A DNA stretch of 58,373 bases from Pseudogymnoascus verrucosus. Taxonomy: Eukaryota. The notes beneath the pieces are model-generated. The model did not search any database. It saw nothing but the letters and a program-made list of their open reading frames with translations, and had not been told where the DNA came from. Shown piece after piece: positions 1 through 14,276 of this stretch. A program made the translations under genes and the position numbers. The stretch lies in the NCBI GenBank assembly GCA_001662655.1, contig KV460243.1, one strand, 5' to 3'. Every line of letters starts with the position of its first letter. The first letter of the stretch is position 1.

Positions 1-503
1 ATAGATGCCAAGTATGAGCTGAGCTACCCTGGCGACCCTGGCGATCCTACCGGTTAAATTGTCTGTCGCTATCAACAACCAGGATGCGACAACAAACAAA
101 GACAAGAAATCGCAAACGAGGCTCTTGAATCATTAGTAAAGTACAGTGAACTTATCCTGTGCATGTGATAAACTATTCAGTACGCAAGGAATCCGATATT
201 TGTGCCACAGCATACTCTTGACCAGCGAGTGTTTACCGATTATACGTCGCTACCGGGTTGTGCCTGCCTCGTTGTAGCCTTGTCGTGGAACAAACGTGTG
301 TTCTCGATCAAGACTCTTGACTTGCACAACACCCGAGGGTAAAACCCCAGTTTCGACTCTTTTACACAATCAACATAGACAAAGTCAGCAAGTTGCTGTC
401 TACTGTTATTACGAGCGTCAGAAAAATACCCAAGAGACAGCCCCGAGAACGCTGCAATTTCGAGCTCTGAGTTGACTGGAAAGAGCGAACTAAATCTGCA
501 ATC

Positions 504-2294
504 ATGGACAACAAAGAAGAAGGCGCTGTTTCGGGCGCTGAGGTAGTCAACCAGGTTGAAGCCAACGAGCCACTTCGCATTGAAATCTCCTCGACCACCA
601 AGGAAGAGGGCACCCAAGAAGAAGCCGACGATATCACCCCCACCGCCACACGCAAAACCGCAAGCACCGCGCCCTCACTCATCACAGTCCCCTCCCTGAT
701 CAACGGCATCGAAGAAACCAGCACCTCCATCTTCCCTGTGATAAGTCCCTACACCAACACTCCCTGCTGGAATGCAACCGCCGCGACCCCCTCGGACGCC
801 TTGCGTGCTGTCGAAGCAGCTTCAGCTGCCTTCCCAGCCTGGTCGGCTACCAAGCCCACCGTGCGTCGCGACATTCTGCTCCGCACGGCTGATATTCTTG
901 AGAGTCGTCTCGAGGAGATTTCGGAAATCATGCGCACGGAGATGGGTGCTGATGTGGGGACATCGCAGTTCTTCATTGCGCCGTTTGGTATCCGTATGCT
1001 GCGCGATCTCGCAGGACGCATCACGTCAATCTGTGGCAGTGTGCCAGTTGTTGAAGAGGAGGGCCAGAGCGCCATTGTTCATAAGGAACCGATGGGTGTT
1101 ATTCTTGGGATTGTGCCTTGGTATGTCCTCGCATTTAAATACTGCTATTAAGAAGTAATTGCTGATCAAACAGGAATGCACCGTATGTCTTTGGGATCCG
1201 TGCCGCAGCTGGAGCACTTGCGGGGGGTAATACCACCATCCTCAAGTCCTCTGATCTTACCCCTCGCTGTTACTGGGCTATCGGCCGTGCATTTACCGAC
1301 GCAGGCCTGCCACCGGGATGCCTCAATATCCTTAGTTGTCGACCAGAAGATGCCCCCAGCGTCGTAAACACTATGATTGAGCACCCAGCAGTCCGCAAGA
1401 TAAACTTCACAGGCAGCACAGCTACTGGCCGCAAAATTGCGAGAACTTGCGGAGAGAACCTCAAGCCCTGCCTGATGGAGCTTGGAGGCAAGAATAGCGC
1501 GATCGTATGTGAAGATGCGAATATTGAGGTGGCCGTGAGAGAAGTACTGGCAGGGACTCTCATCAATGTATGACCCTAATAACATCCATATATTTAATTT
1601 ACTAACAATGGAGTAGTCTGGACAGATCTGCATGTCAACTGATCGAATTCTAGTCCACTCCACCATCGCGCCAACGTTTATCAGCGCAATTAAAGGTGCC
1701 CTCAATGCAAGCGCTAACCAGTCCTTCGAGCCACCAACACTTGTATCCACTGCGTCAAAGATTCGCGTTCAAGGGCTGATCACGGACGCTCTTGCCTCAG
1801 GAGCCCATCTTATCCATGGCTCCGTCGACAACGATAGCTCCCCATCCACCAGCGCCACGTCGGTTCGCATGGCGCCAATCTTCATCGGTGACGTCGATGA
1901 AAAGTCAGCTCTTTGGCAAGACGAGGCCTTTGCATCCCTCGCCGCCATCAGGGTTGTTGATTCCGATGCCGAGGCTGTTAGGATCGCGAACCAGGGCGGC
2001 TACGGTCTCTCAGCCGCTATCTTCACCGAAGATCTACGCAAGGGATTCAAGCTGGCAAAGCAGATCGAGTCTGGGTAAGTCACCCCCACATTCTTCGTTG
2101 TATTGGGATTGGAGCAAGGGGCGGCATCGATACTGACTGTGTCTTACAGGGCTGTGCATATCAACAGCATGACCGTTCATGACGAGGTTGTGCTTCCATT
2201 TGGCGGGGTCAAGAATAGCGGATGGGGACGCTTCAATGAGAAACAAGGGATTGAAGAGTTCCTTGTTACAAAGACTGTGACGTGGAAGGATTAA
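504..2294 (+). CDS. Aldehyde dehydrogenase (vanillin/salicylaldehyde dehydrogenase-like), 4 exons
   Basis: Introns 1121-1173, 1568-1616 and 2075-2149 join the ALDH motifs GIVPWNAP, INFTGSTATG, LMELGGKN, catalytic GQICMST, YGLSAAIFT and PFGGVKNSGWGRF; TAA at 2292-2294. Confidence 0.93.
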
Positions 2295-2683
2295 GTAGTC
2301 GTGGATGTGAGTCGCTGATACTACAAACGCATTATTGTACCTGTGTGGGAAAGGTACATCGGTATATCGGCTCCCCACATTGCGATCTTTACAAGGTGCT
2401 AGTTTAGTTCGTGCGGGAACGGGAGCGCTATGATAGCGCCCGGTCCCTGAAATGTCTCATTTTAGTGCAATTGAGGATCATCAAATATTATTCTGGTAAT
2501 GCATCTTGATTTCTAATGCAGTTATGTGAGTGTAAGAACCCAGCTAGTTACAAATGAGTTACCCTTCGGCAATGCAGTAATGTTCTGTCTTGAGTACATG
2601 GCTATAGACTCTAGTCTAGCCAGCCCTTTATACCCCGTAGTTTCCCTTACTTACACCCTATCCGGGACCACTGAAACAACAAA

Positions 2684-4514
2684 TCAGCAGCTTCGCATCC
2701 TAACAGCGTGGAGATCTCTCTCCACATCCGCCATACGAATGATACGTGGCTGCTCAATGATCTTCTGTCCATCCTCCGTGGCAGCAATCGTGGTGCTAAT
2801 ACGGTTCGTGTACTTCCTGACCTCGTGTCCCTTGAACAGGACAATCATCATCAGTCCATCCACCAACAGCACAAAGATAGCACCCATACCCCACATCCAT
2901 CCCACCCCAACAGCGCCCTGCCACTTCATGATGATAAACACTGACATCAGCCCAAACGCAATACGGTACGAGTTCAGCGCCACGGAAGCCTCGACAGGAG
3001 TCTGCACGAAGCACTCAACGATGTAATTGTAGCAAACCGGCAGCGCCAACAGAGCCGCGAACCAGATCAAAAAACTCGCGAGCGCCAAAACCATGTAATG
3101 GAGGTGAAACTGCAATCCCACGCCATAGATGGCAAGGCCGATCGGGAGCAGGAAACCGGGAATGATCGTGTTGGCTAGGCGGTATTCCGGGCGCCAGATT
3201 CCGCCGACGCGGCGAGCGACGGCGAGGGGGATGCGGTCATTGGACAAGTAACCGTAGAGCTGGGCGGTGATGATGCCAGCCCACGCGGTCATGGTGAAGA
3301 ATGCCAGTTGGAGTGCTGAGAAGCCGTAACCGCCGGCAGAGACAGGGGCCATCATGTATATTGCGAGGGTGGAGGCTTGCATAATTGGGAGGCCGAGGGC
3401 GACGAAGACAAAGGTTCCGATGAGGATGGTGATTGGAGTTATTGTGATTTGGAGGGGGACAATGAAGCGGCGCTTTGGGGGGGGATTGTTAGCTTGATTG
3501 TTTTGGGAATTGTAGTGTATTGAGAGGGGATCTTACAAAGACAGCTGCGCGCTTATCAAGGGTACCGGCCTGAGTCTTGACACCAGGGAAGAAGGTTGCA
3601 ACGCGGTTGGCGAACCAAGCCTTTGGAAGTGGAGGGCGCTGAACGGCATTCGGACCACGAGTGAAAGTGGTATCCTCAACGAAGACAAAGACAAGGATGG
3701 CAGCAGCACTGACAGGTCCGACAGTCCACCAGAACACGCCGCTCCATGGTCCATACTGAGCAATGAAGCCACCGAGGGTACCTCCACCTACGACAGCGAA
3801 AATGATGAGCACCTCAAAGATCGCAAAAGCCTTTCCGCGCTGGTGAAGGAAGAACATGTCCATGATGTAGCCGGTGCCGAGGATAGCGGGGATGACGCCA
3901 AATACGCCGCAGAAAGCACGGGAGATAGCGAATGGGATGAAATCATTGGGACCGGTCATCTTAGCAGCCCAGATCTGGCAAGCCAAGGTCCCAATCAAAC
4001 TCCAGAAGATTACAGAGCTGCGACCGACAAGGGCAGCCAAGGGGACCAGGATGAAGGGGCCCAGCATCCAGCCAGCGAGAGCGGCTGCGACGGTGTTGAG
4101 CATATCGGCCTGAGTCCTGCCAACATAGTTGGGGATTTGCAGGACGAAAGTCAGTTGGTTAGAGTTGGGTGACATCTGGCCGGCAAAGCCGGCGAAGCAG
4201 ATGCATGCGAAGATGATGAGCTTCTTGGTGATGCTCCAGTTCTGTAGATCGAAGGTTAGAATTCACATCCGCTGGTCCGTAGTGTGTTTCAAATGACAGA
4301 TCGATCTAGGACTTACCAATGGGTCGGCGGCATCATCACTTGGTTGCGGGATGAGGATAACAGGAACGTCGTTCTCCCTAGTCATCGTCGTCTTGGGGGC
4401 AGCAGCGGCCATGCCCGACGGGGTGACGGTGGGGGTCAAAGTAGGGGTGACCGTGGATGACTTGAGGAAAATACCCTCAGACCCAGAAGTCGCAGCTGAC
4501 GGGGGTACAGACAT
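2684..4514 (-). CDS. MFS transporter (DHA1-like), 3 exons
   Basis: ILIPQPSDDAADPL|NWSITKK N-terminal MFS signature, multiple TM segments, DMFFLHQRGKA and WRPEYRL motifs; introns at about 4242-4316 and 3473-3536. Confidence 0.88.
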
Positions 4515-5714
4515 GATTGTCGTACTTGATGAACGAATACGGCTGAGGTTGTGGGATCGACAGGAAGCTGGAGGGGGACAAGATGTAGGCAGGAGAACGA
4601 GAGATGTGGAATGCGAGATGCAGAATGCGAGAAGCAAACTGCAAAAAGGTGAAGCTGAAAGGTGGAGTTTTGAATTGAAGTGTAAAAGAGGAACGGAATT
4701 GAAAGTTTAAAGTTTTAGAAGAAGGGGGTTGTGAGTGGTGGTGTTGGGGGTTGTAAACATGTTAGTCCTTCTCACTTACGCGTTCCCCCCCTTGTTGTTC
4801 AAGGCCGCCACAGTTTTAACATTTTAGTAACTACAATTTGGAAGAGGGAGACGCTCAATTTCTACTTTCCTCGGCTTTTACTGTACCGTTAGTGATTAAT
4901 ATGTGTTGCACGAGGATATCAGACTTATTCAGCCTGGCGCTCTCTATGGTCTGCACGGTTTCTGTACCTGGAAGATTAAAATCAAGAGTGATGGTGTGCA
5001 GCGATATATATTAGGGTCTTCAAGTAGGAGCGACTCCATCTTGCCATAGAACATATACACCCATATATTTATTGCGCTGCCAAGGTTTGTATAATTGATG
5101 GCCTTTGACTTGGTCGGGTGTCGTAAGTTCATATTCGACCCGGAGACATAGAAAGGGAATACAAAGGATGATCCTCGTGCACTCACACCGATGAGAATAT
5201 CGTCAATCACTTCACGCTACCTTGCATTTGTCGGGTTACCCTGCTTACTTTATACACAAAAAAATACATCGATATGCAAGAAGACGCAATCAAAATGCAG
5301 GAAAACCCCGGAAAGCCTTACCGCCGTGTGCGACTCCAGAATCGGTATGACCATACTTTGTTGGGCGGCGCTGACATGCTGCAGCCAACCACATCAAGCA
5401 TCGGCTTATACTGGAAATGCCAAACGAGGGCTGAGATGTCGTGTCTACAACAAACCAACTCCCTTGCGTCCCACGTCAAACAATGCCGTGCCCCATCGTA
5501 TCGGCTGCACGTCGATACTCGATGATCCTCCCGACCCATGGGCGAGTAATCCAGCTCTCCCCATCTACAGCAAATCCGCCCGCCTCCACCATTCCTCGCT
5601 GCCGCTGCACGCATATATGACAATCCTTACTGCCGGTTCTCTCCAGAGCCCTGGCGCCACCTTTCAGCCATCAATCCTCTAGCTGTTTGAGAGTTCTCTC
5701 CAGTTGCCACCACC

Positions 5715-6997
5715 ATGGCGATCAGCGAGAGGGAATGGAAGATGATCATTATTGTCTCGGTGCTGGTCGGTCTCGCCACCATTTCTGCTATCTTGCGCCT
5801 ATTCGCCAGGTACAAGCTTCGCGTCAGGATTGAGGCGGACGACTATCTGTGCTTTACGGCTCTGTTTCTATTATATGGCATGCTAATACAATTAATTCTT
5901 TGTGGGTGTGCATTCCTTCCAATTGCGGAACACTGAAGCTAATTCTTTGTTGAAAAAGGGGTTGCCATTGGCGGAAATGGCACTCATATAAAATATCTCT
6001 CTCCCGAAACACTATTAACTTTTGGCAAGGTACGTCTCCGTTTCCTACAAGGCTTATAGCAGTGCACTAACCGGCTCAGATCTTCATCGCCAACCAATTC
6101 ACGTACTTTGCTCTGGTCCCCATCCTCAAAATCTCATTCATCAGCTTCTATCGCCGCATCTTCTTTACTTCCCATCGCTTCAACGTGATCTCCTGCACTT
6201 TCATCTGGATCATCGGTATTTGGGGCGCTGGCATATTCCTCATCTGCGCTTTACAGTGTCGGCCGCTTCGGGGTTACTGGGATAAGAGCATCGAGGCGCA
6301 TTGCATCAACGGAAATGTTTTCTTCATTGTTAATCAGGGCTTCAATGTAGTTATGGATTTTGTCATCCTGGCGCTACCGCTGCCGATTATCTTTAACCTG
6401 AAGAGGGCATGGCAGGATAAGTTGGCGCTGACCGGAATATTCGCTCTTGGGGGATTGTGAGTATTTTCCAAGACCGATGAGATGAAGGAAGAAACTGATT
6501 ATTGGCATAGCGTTTGCTTCGCGAGCATTTACCGCATTGTTGTTTTGTTCTATATTGACCCGGCAGACCCAACCCGTAAGTTATTGCCGCTGGGGAGATA
6601 CCCTCAATATTCCACTAGCTAACCGTCATAAACTCCAGATACTGTCTACCGGGCCACCCTATGGACACATATAGAGCCCTCAGTTGGCCTTATTTGTTCC
6701 TGTCTCCCCACGATCCGTGGACTCTTTCCTGCCTACCGTTGGCACTCGCGGAGCTCTCCCTATCCGCCGGATCACCACGACTATATTAATTCTTCTTCGA
6801 ATAGAGGAGCGGAGCACCTCGTACCCAGCGACCTGTCAAAGAACTCAGTCTACATCATGATGGAGGATGGGTTGGTGAAGCCAGAGCAGGATCACGGGTG
6901 GGTCGAGGACCGGCATGATATTGAGGAGAATGAGGGAAGGCGCGAGGGAGGGATTGTACGGAGGACAGATACACAAGTTGTCCAGGGATTGGTATAG
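5715..6997 (+). CDS. PTH11-like integral membrane protein (fungal rhodopsin domain, no CFEM)
   Basis: ILRLFARYK..IEADDYL, QCRPLRGYWDK, MDFVILALPLPIIFNL..KLAL.GIFALG and WTHIEPSVGLICSCLP motifs across about 5 exons; TAG at 6995-6997. Confidence 0.88.
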
Positions 6998-7277
6998 GTC
7001 TTGTTTATGAAGGAAGCCTTGTTCCATAGTTTATACCTTAAATGATGATATTGTAGAATAGTTAATGAAGAAGTAGACGAGGAACGAACCATATACAAAT
7101 GGCTCGATTATCACGTGGGTGGTACATCTACACGCGCCATGTTTGATCAGCTCCCAACTGTGGTCAAACATAATATACACTACTCGGTATTAAACTACCC
7201 AAGGATAAATTTCCTGCAGAGAATAACATATATTTACTTATTGCACGATACGGTCTCACGGCTATCACATCTAGGAG

Positions 7278-7763
7278 ATGGCCTCGCTTGACTCGTCATC
7301 CGGTCCCACCTTCCCACTTCTCGCTCTCCCCGGCGAAATTCAAAACGCAATCCTCGCTGGCCTTGATTTCCTGGACCTGTACACTCTTCGCCTAACCAAC
7401 CGCTACTTCTACTCCTTAATCCCTCCGATGTCAATCGAAAGGCTTCTGCAAATCGAAGAAGAGTTTATGCCTGACTGGTATTTGGCCTGCGTCGAATGCA
7501 AAAGACTTCGTCCTGTTACCAAATTTATACCTGGCACGTTGGGCTTGTTCAAGGGGTCCATCGAGCCTACCGTATGTATACAGCGTTGTGAAGAATGCGT
7601 GCGTCAACATTTGAACGAACTGGACCCGTGCTGGATGCAGTATAACGTTCCTATTGTATGGTGCGTAAAGTGTAAAAGGGCTATTCAGGCGCGGATTGAT
7701 ATCCAGGTACAACACACTCTATCATGTCAGCCGCAAGATTCGAAGAGCAATAAATTATCCTAG
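7278..7763 (+). CDS. Small F-box domain protein with Cys-rich C-terminus
   Basis: LLALPGEIQNAILAGLDFLDLYTLRLTNRYFY F-box motif followed by three CxxC pairs; single-exon 161-aa ORF. Confidence 0.75.
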   Translation: MASLDSSSGPTFPLLALPGEIQNAILAGLDFLDLYTLRLTNRYFYSLIPPMSIERLLQIEEEFMPDWYLACVECKRLRPVTKFIPGTLGLFKGSIEPTVCIQRCEECVRQHLNELDPCWMQYNVPIVWCVKCKRAIQARIDIQVQHTLSCQPQDSKSNKLS

Positions 7764-8142
7764 AAATGGAAGACGACACAGAAGATACGAAGAAGCAAGA
7801 TTGCTAAATTTACCTAAGGGCGAAAGAAAGTACAGATAATACTGAGAAGCAAGAGGATGAATAGCGGCTGAAGGTTAAGAGAAGGCTAGAATGGCGTGAC
7901 CACGGCAACTACATATATTATTTTGGTATGGACGAAGCAAATGAGGAGAGCTATGTATGAGTCTAATATTTTTGAAGGGGAGGATCCGATTTGGGCTCGA
8001 CCCATGCAGGGTATACGCAGCAGCAACATCGGATGAATGCTGTTATGAGTCCTCCACTCCAATTACTATGTATGTTTTATATTCAGTTGGCGTCTGGTTC
8101 ATTAATTATAGTCCCATGACTCCAACCTCGGTCTACCTCTAT

Positions 8143-9342
8143 CTAATTCTGTTCCTTCTTCAGAAATTCAACATACTGCCCAATGAGATCGCGCATAGTC
8201 TTCTCAAATGGGACACACTTCCACCCAAATGCCTTCTCCGTAGTTGACACATTCAACCTCCACTTTCTAGTTGGCATCGAGCCCCCCAACTTCAAAAGCC
8301 CGCTCTCTACTTCATCCGGAAAGTACTTCCTCGCAATATCAGTCATGGAGTCCCACTCAATCCCCTCCTCTCCATCAGACGACAGGACATAATCCGCATT
8401 CCCTGGCACACTGGGCTTGATGGCATCCACGTGCGCCCTGGCCACGTCGTCAACATGCACTGGCGTGCCAACGAGTGGCATATCTAGCTTTGCTCCTTGC
8501 AGGACTGGTACGAGCATTGCCCGGGTACCGACAAGGAGGGTAGAGTTGCCTGTGGCGAGGTCCTCTGGTCCGAGGACCACAGATGGGAGGAGTCCGACGA
8601 TGTCGAAATGTGGTTTCCTCTCCTCGATGAACTTATTAGTTGACAAGCGCGCAAAGGCTTTTGAGGCCCAGTACGCTTCCATTGCGCTGTGGAAGGGTCT
8701 TGTTGGGTTGGAGTTAATGTCCCTTTCTGTGGTTTAGTGTGATTAGTATGGTATCCATTGGGTAATTGAGGTCAGTGGAGGCTCACCTGTGAAGACTGTC
8801 TCGGTGTCTGAAGTTCCGAGCCATTCCATGGGGATGAGAGAGACGGCAGATGATGTGACGACTATCCTTCTCAGAGTGGTGATGTGGATTGCTGCCTCCA
8901 GGACAGCCATGAGGAGATCTCGCGCTGGTTTGACAATATCTCGCTCGTAGTCATCCGTCTACAGATTCCCGTTAGTCTAAGATTTCCGACATGATTGTGG
9001 TAACCATATAATCATACCTCTTTCGCAAGCGGCGAAGCCAAATGCACTATTGCTTTCGCGCCATCGAAAACCCCAGCGAATGCATCCTTTGCAACCAAGT
9101 CTGGCACCACGACAAAGCTCAAGTTTTCGGCATTCGTGACTTTGGGATGGTTTTTAAGCTTCTCTATCTGCTCTTCTCTGCGGACAATGGCGCGGACTTG
9201 GTAGCCTTGGGCAAGGGCCATATACATCGTCTTGAACCCGATGTATCCAGAGACACCGGTAATCTTTAACGCAATTGTGTCAACAAAGCGACCAAGAAAA
9301 ATAAGAGGGCATGAGACTCACCACTATAAGATCTCCTGCCAT
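8143..9342 (-). CDS. NAD(P)-dependent epimerase/dehydratase-family reductase (Gre2/aldehyde reductase II-like)
   Basis: MAGDLIV|ITGVSGYIG Rossmann motif, IVHLASP, catalytic YWASK, VHVDDVARAHV; 4 exons. Confidence 0.88.
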
Positions 9343-10013
9343 TGTGTCGGTTGAATGTCTAAATTATATAGTCTTTTCTGAATAATCAAGCTGTATTAGT
9401 CGAGAGGTGTGAAAGATGATTGATGCCTCATTACCCCGCGAGGGGCAATGGCATTTATAAACATTTCTTTATCACCGAAACTACTTTATCGCCGAAGCTA
9501 AAGCTCCTCTTCATGCATGGACCTGACAGCTCCGATCGAAAATAGAAATAATAAGAGTAGTCCAAGTAGTCATCACCACAGTCATCACACTTGTCCTAAT
9601 TAGGAATGGACCGGTTTGCGTAACGAATGTGTCAGCCATTCACAGGGCAGCTAGCAGATCACCACTAAACCGGAACTCCGGCACAGATGGGGATAAGGTT
9701 GCTGCCGACGGGGAACACTATTGGTAGGTCCAATCACCGAACAACCAAACAATCCGTCAATACTGGTACTCTACGAGATAATCGTCACTACAGCTTACGA
9801 ATTTGTTTGTTAGAAAGCACGTCGTATGAAATAATGAACAAATTCTCCTCCAGAAACTCCACGAGTAAGTTATATAAAGATAAGTGTCAAGCCGTTGTAT
9901 TCGTTCTCACATATCCATCCTCTCACAATCAGTCTGCCTCCGTTGTCTTACTTTAAATCACTTCTTGTCTCTGTCATTCCTTGTTCTGATCATTCCTCAA
10001 ACTCTCCTCAACC

Positions 10014-11466
10014 ATGTCTTCCACAACAAGAGAATACGATATCGTGGTGTTGGGAGCCAGCGGTTATACTGCCTCAATCGGCGCCGAATACATTACGAAG
10101 AACTCTCGCACTGACTTGAGATGGGCCATTGCTGGCAGAAGTCGTGGGAAGCTAGAGGATTTGGCCGAGAAGCTAAAGGCTATCAATCCTGATCGCATTC
10201 AACCAGGTACGCCTGATCACCCCAAGAATAACTCTTCCTATGCTGAATTATAACTTCCCAGGCATCATTGTTGTAACAATGGAACAGCCAAGCCTTAACG
10301 AGATGGCAGCAAGAAGCACTCTGGTCATAAACGGCATTGGCCCCTATCATCTCTATTCGACCCCGGTCGTGGAAGCATGTGCGACGATGGGCACGCATTA
10401 CGTTGGTTTGTGAGTCGAAGCCCCCAGATATCTCAGGCAAATAGTTTGCTTTAAGCTAATATTTCCACCAGCTCATTGGAAACTCCGTGGGTTGAAGAGA
10501 TGATCTCGAAGTACCACAAAACTGCAACTGAAAATGGGGCAATTGTATAAAATTCGAACTAGATTCTGACGACGGACGGGTTGCTAACGTGATTTTAAAA
10601 GATTATCCCAACCATCGCGCTCTGTCCTTCGGATGTCGTCTCGTTTCTAGTTGCTAAGACTATTCATGATCGCTATGGGGGTATCGGCACGGGCGAGGTC
10701 AACAGCACAGCCAAGCTCGAGTACGCATTCTTCACCCCCATTCAATTGTTTTGGTAACTAATAAAATTGAAGTATTCAGGGAATGAGCGGAGGTTCTTTA
10801 AATACTGTGCTGAGTCTCATCCAGTCCTACGGTATCGGATGGATTCTCGTCGGAAACCCATGGAGCCTATCCGCCACTTCTACGCGCCGGAAGCCAAACC
10901 GCACCCCTCTCCTCTCTCGCATCTTCGGCTACAGATCGATTCCAGGCTTTGGCGATGTGACTACCTCTTTCCTCGCTATCTGCAACGAATCGATTGCCCA
11001 CCGCAGCTCCAGCCTCATGCCCAAAATCTACGGCCCAGACTTCAACTTCCACGAGTACCTCCCCACAACAGGCCCCTTCGCCGGCATAGTCGCGCATTTA
11101 ATCCTACGACTAGTCATGCTCATTGTCTCCTTTCCTCCTTTGCAATGGCTCGCAGCAAAATACCTCATCCCAGCGTCAGGAACCGGCCCGGACCTTGCTA
11201 TCGCGGCGACTGCGGAGCGCCAGGAGTTCGTCGCCATTGGCGCCTCGCTGAAATCGAAGGGGGAGCAGGTAAGTGCGCGGTACGTATATGAGGGATCTCT
11301 ATACTACTGCAGCGCACTTATGGGGGTGGAGGCAGCTTTGTCTATTCTGGGAGAGAAGACGTATGCCCATGATATTGGTGGTGGAATTTTGACTCCTGCT
11401 ACTTTGGGGATGCCTTTCGTCGAGAGGCTTCGCAATGCCGGGATTAAGATTGAGGTCGATGCTTGA
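10014..11466 (+). CDS. Saccharopine dehydrogenase-like oxidoreductase (trans-acting enoyl reductase-like)
   Basis: REYDIVVLGASGYTA, WAIAGRSRGKL, INGIGPYHLYSTPVVEACA, C-terminal GGGILTPATLGMPFVERLRNAG; about 5 exons. Confidence 0.85.
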
Positions 11467-11716
11467 GATTTTTTCTTTGTGGTATTTTCATAGATTAGAT
11501 TTGTATTATTATTATTAGTGATTTTTATTGGAGTTACAAAGTGGATTGGGAAATTAGAATGGGATTATTATTTATAAATTTATTTTTCATGATATAACTC
11601 GGTGACTCAGAATATAAAGTTAGGCTTTCATCAAGAAATATGTCAGAAAGCCTATATTGCTTGATTTGTAACTTGGCAGTGCTGACAAACTACTCAAATA
11701 TGCTAAATTAGCTATC

Positions 11717-12662
11717 TTAGTAGCAGGACCCGGAGATGCTCGCAGTAACGTATGCACTCAAGGCGCTTCCTCCACACTTCAAGCCCTTAACGAATTGCCC
11801 TGCAACAGACTCGGCACCCGCTGGGCTGGTGTGCGTGTGGTCAACGGGGTAAAATGCGTTAACCTTGGTTGCGCCAAGTGCCTTATACTCGTTTGCAACG
11901 TACAGACCGTGGTCGACGAAGGCAGCCAGGCTTCCCAGGCTGGTTACCACACTCCTTCCGTAACCGGTAAATCGAGGAGCAGTGTAGCTCCAGGTTCCAG
12001 TCTCCCAAAGGTTGTTAGGCGTTGGGGAGGCGATGACAACGTGGGCACCCTTGGCGGTCATAAGTTTACTATGAGTTCGTGAGTTAGCAATATGAACTTT
12101 GACTTAGCCGACAGATATTTGCTTACCCAGCTTGTAGCAGATAGAACACGTAAGTGTAGACTTTCTCCCCAGTTGTTGGGGAGATGCAGACCTCAGAACC
12201 ACCTCCAAAGCAGTCGGTGCGACCATTGTCGGTTGTGCTCAGGGAGCCACCATCATTGTGTCCAAATTCGCTGCAGAAAACATTATTAGCAAAACAAAAC
12301 ATCTATTATAGGGTTCTAGACAACTACACACATGAGAACGTAGTCGCCGGCCTTAACAAGGTCTGCAATGGCTTGGAATCTCCCCTCGTTCCAGTATGAT
12401 CTTGCAGATCGGCCACCAATGGCTTTGTTCACAATGGTGATACCGGAAAAGCTATTCTTCAGATATTCTCCGAATCCTATCATCGCAGTTTCGTTAGCCA
12501 GCTATTCTCAACAGCCATGAAAGGGAGACTGGTAAACAAACCCTGGGTGCCGCTACCACCGCCGCCACTGGCCATCGTCGAATCTCCTGCAAGGTACAGC
12601 GTTGGAACAGCCCATGACTGAGTCGCGAGAGCAGCAACGAGAAATGGAGCAAAGATCTTCAT
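11717..12662 (-). CDS. Secreted rhamnogalacturonan acetylesterase (CE12, SGNH/GDSL hydrolase)
   Basis: Signal peptide, [10 protein letters not shown] (block I), [19 protein letters not shown] and catalytic DHTHTS; 4 exons. Confidence 0.92.
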
Positions 12663-14276
12663 CTTGATTTATTTTACTGGTCGGATGAAACTGCTGGGCT
12701 AAACTTTAAGCTGTAGATTTCCAACGTTTTCTCCTTCTCTGTCGACGGATACTCCATCTTTATGTATGTTCCCATGATTTAATTAAGGCCCCGGCATATT
12801 ATGGCGGGGAAATGGGCCAAGAAAAAATTGAATTTAACTATATTGTTTATTTGGCGTGCTCATTGCATCCGCTCATGCGGCGGAGGCATTACCCCAGGTT
12901 ACTGCTGTTAGATTGGGTGTTCCGCTGGCGCGATCAGCAGACTAGAGGAGAAGTTTATTGTTTCTTAGAACCGGAGTCTTATTAATCCCTAGTTCAGTTT
13001 ATACTTCTGTGATAGATGGATTTTCCTTGTTACAGTGGGGAAGGGGAGGGAGCTATTCGGTTAAATTAATGAAGTAAATTAATGCTTGCGTTGTAAGATC
13101 CACCAATCGAGGGAAGAGTACAAATGGCCAATTGAAAGTCTTACTTTTATAAACAAGAGAGCCATACACAACACTCTATATAGAACCGATAAAATGAGCG
13201 TACAGGAATCAGAGGATGTGGAGAATTTAAGTTGGGATTAGAAGTGTATCAAGGTATGTGAAGTAATATGAGGAGATGACGGATTTACTCCAGCTCCGGC
13301 ATTTCTACGGCAGACGGCCAACGAACCGCACTTCCCCTATGTTTTGCTTCGTCGTCTCTTCTTGGCACGTTCCATCATATTTCGACGTTTGGACGACATG
13401 TGCAACACCACGCGAGAGTGGAGTGCTTCAGTCCCAAGATTGCGGCAATAATAGTAGGTACAGTACTACTGTGCAAGGTAGTCCATAAAGTCGCATGATA
13501 TTGGCTTGCGCGACTGGAGAGTGTTGGCCTAGAACGAATCTCGTGCTTTTAGAGTTGGTTAGGCCCCGTTTCACAACGTGACAGCCAAGAACTTCCAAGA
13601 AGATCCAGACATTGCTCAAAGTTCCAGGTCGCTGTCTGGGACGTGCCGCGCGTCACTGTTATTGCCCACTCATCTACTCCTGCGCCCTTGGCAAATCCTC
13701 ACCGTGGCCACGCTCAACCTTCATAGGCTATTGTTGCCACAACTGGTTACCCTCTCTGGCGTCAAGTGAGGCGATGGCGATCCTCTTCAAAAGCACAGTT
13801 CATGCCCGCCTAGAGCCCCATCAGTATGAGACAGGTCCATAGCTGCATGATACAGGTCCAAGCAGCGTGCGACAAGCTTCCAGCCTGTTAGAAACGCCCT
13901 TTGGCGGCTATCATACCATCTCATCCCCAGTCCAAAGTGGAGACACATTTAACCTGCCGCCGATTCAGATGGCTGGTAACTGTTTTCCTTCATCTTAATA
14001 TGCCTCTCCACATAGTGAAATATAAGTACGGTTGACAGCTCTGAACATCGGATTCTAGCCCAACTTTTTTCTTCTGATGTTTATTATTTCTTGACTTGGC
14101 GTTGACCGTCAGCTTTTTTTTTATATTCTTCCATTTATTTTATTCCTTTCCTCTCTATTATATTACAAGCCGCCTCAAGGAATTTTTCAGCAGTAGCCCT
14201 GGTGGCCCATTGCTGCAATCGAGCATTATATGTTATATGCAAATCTAGGCTTCCAGGATAAGGACCGTTCGTGAAA

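Noticed and set aside
1..57. Possible 3' end of an upstream gene (IDAKYELSYPGDPGDPTG*)
   Set aside because: Too short to support; no recognisable motif.
2415..2447. Imperfect hairpin GCGCTAT-G-ATAGCGC between the convergent ALDH and MFS genes
   Set aside because: Short, and bacterial-type terminators are not relevant in a fungus; could be chance.
5191..5682. 163-aa ORF upstream of the PTH11-like gene
   Set aside because: No motifs; composition fits promoter/5' UTR sequence.
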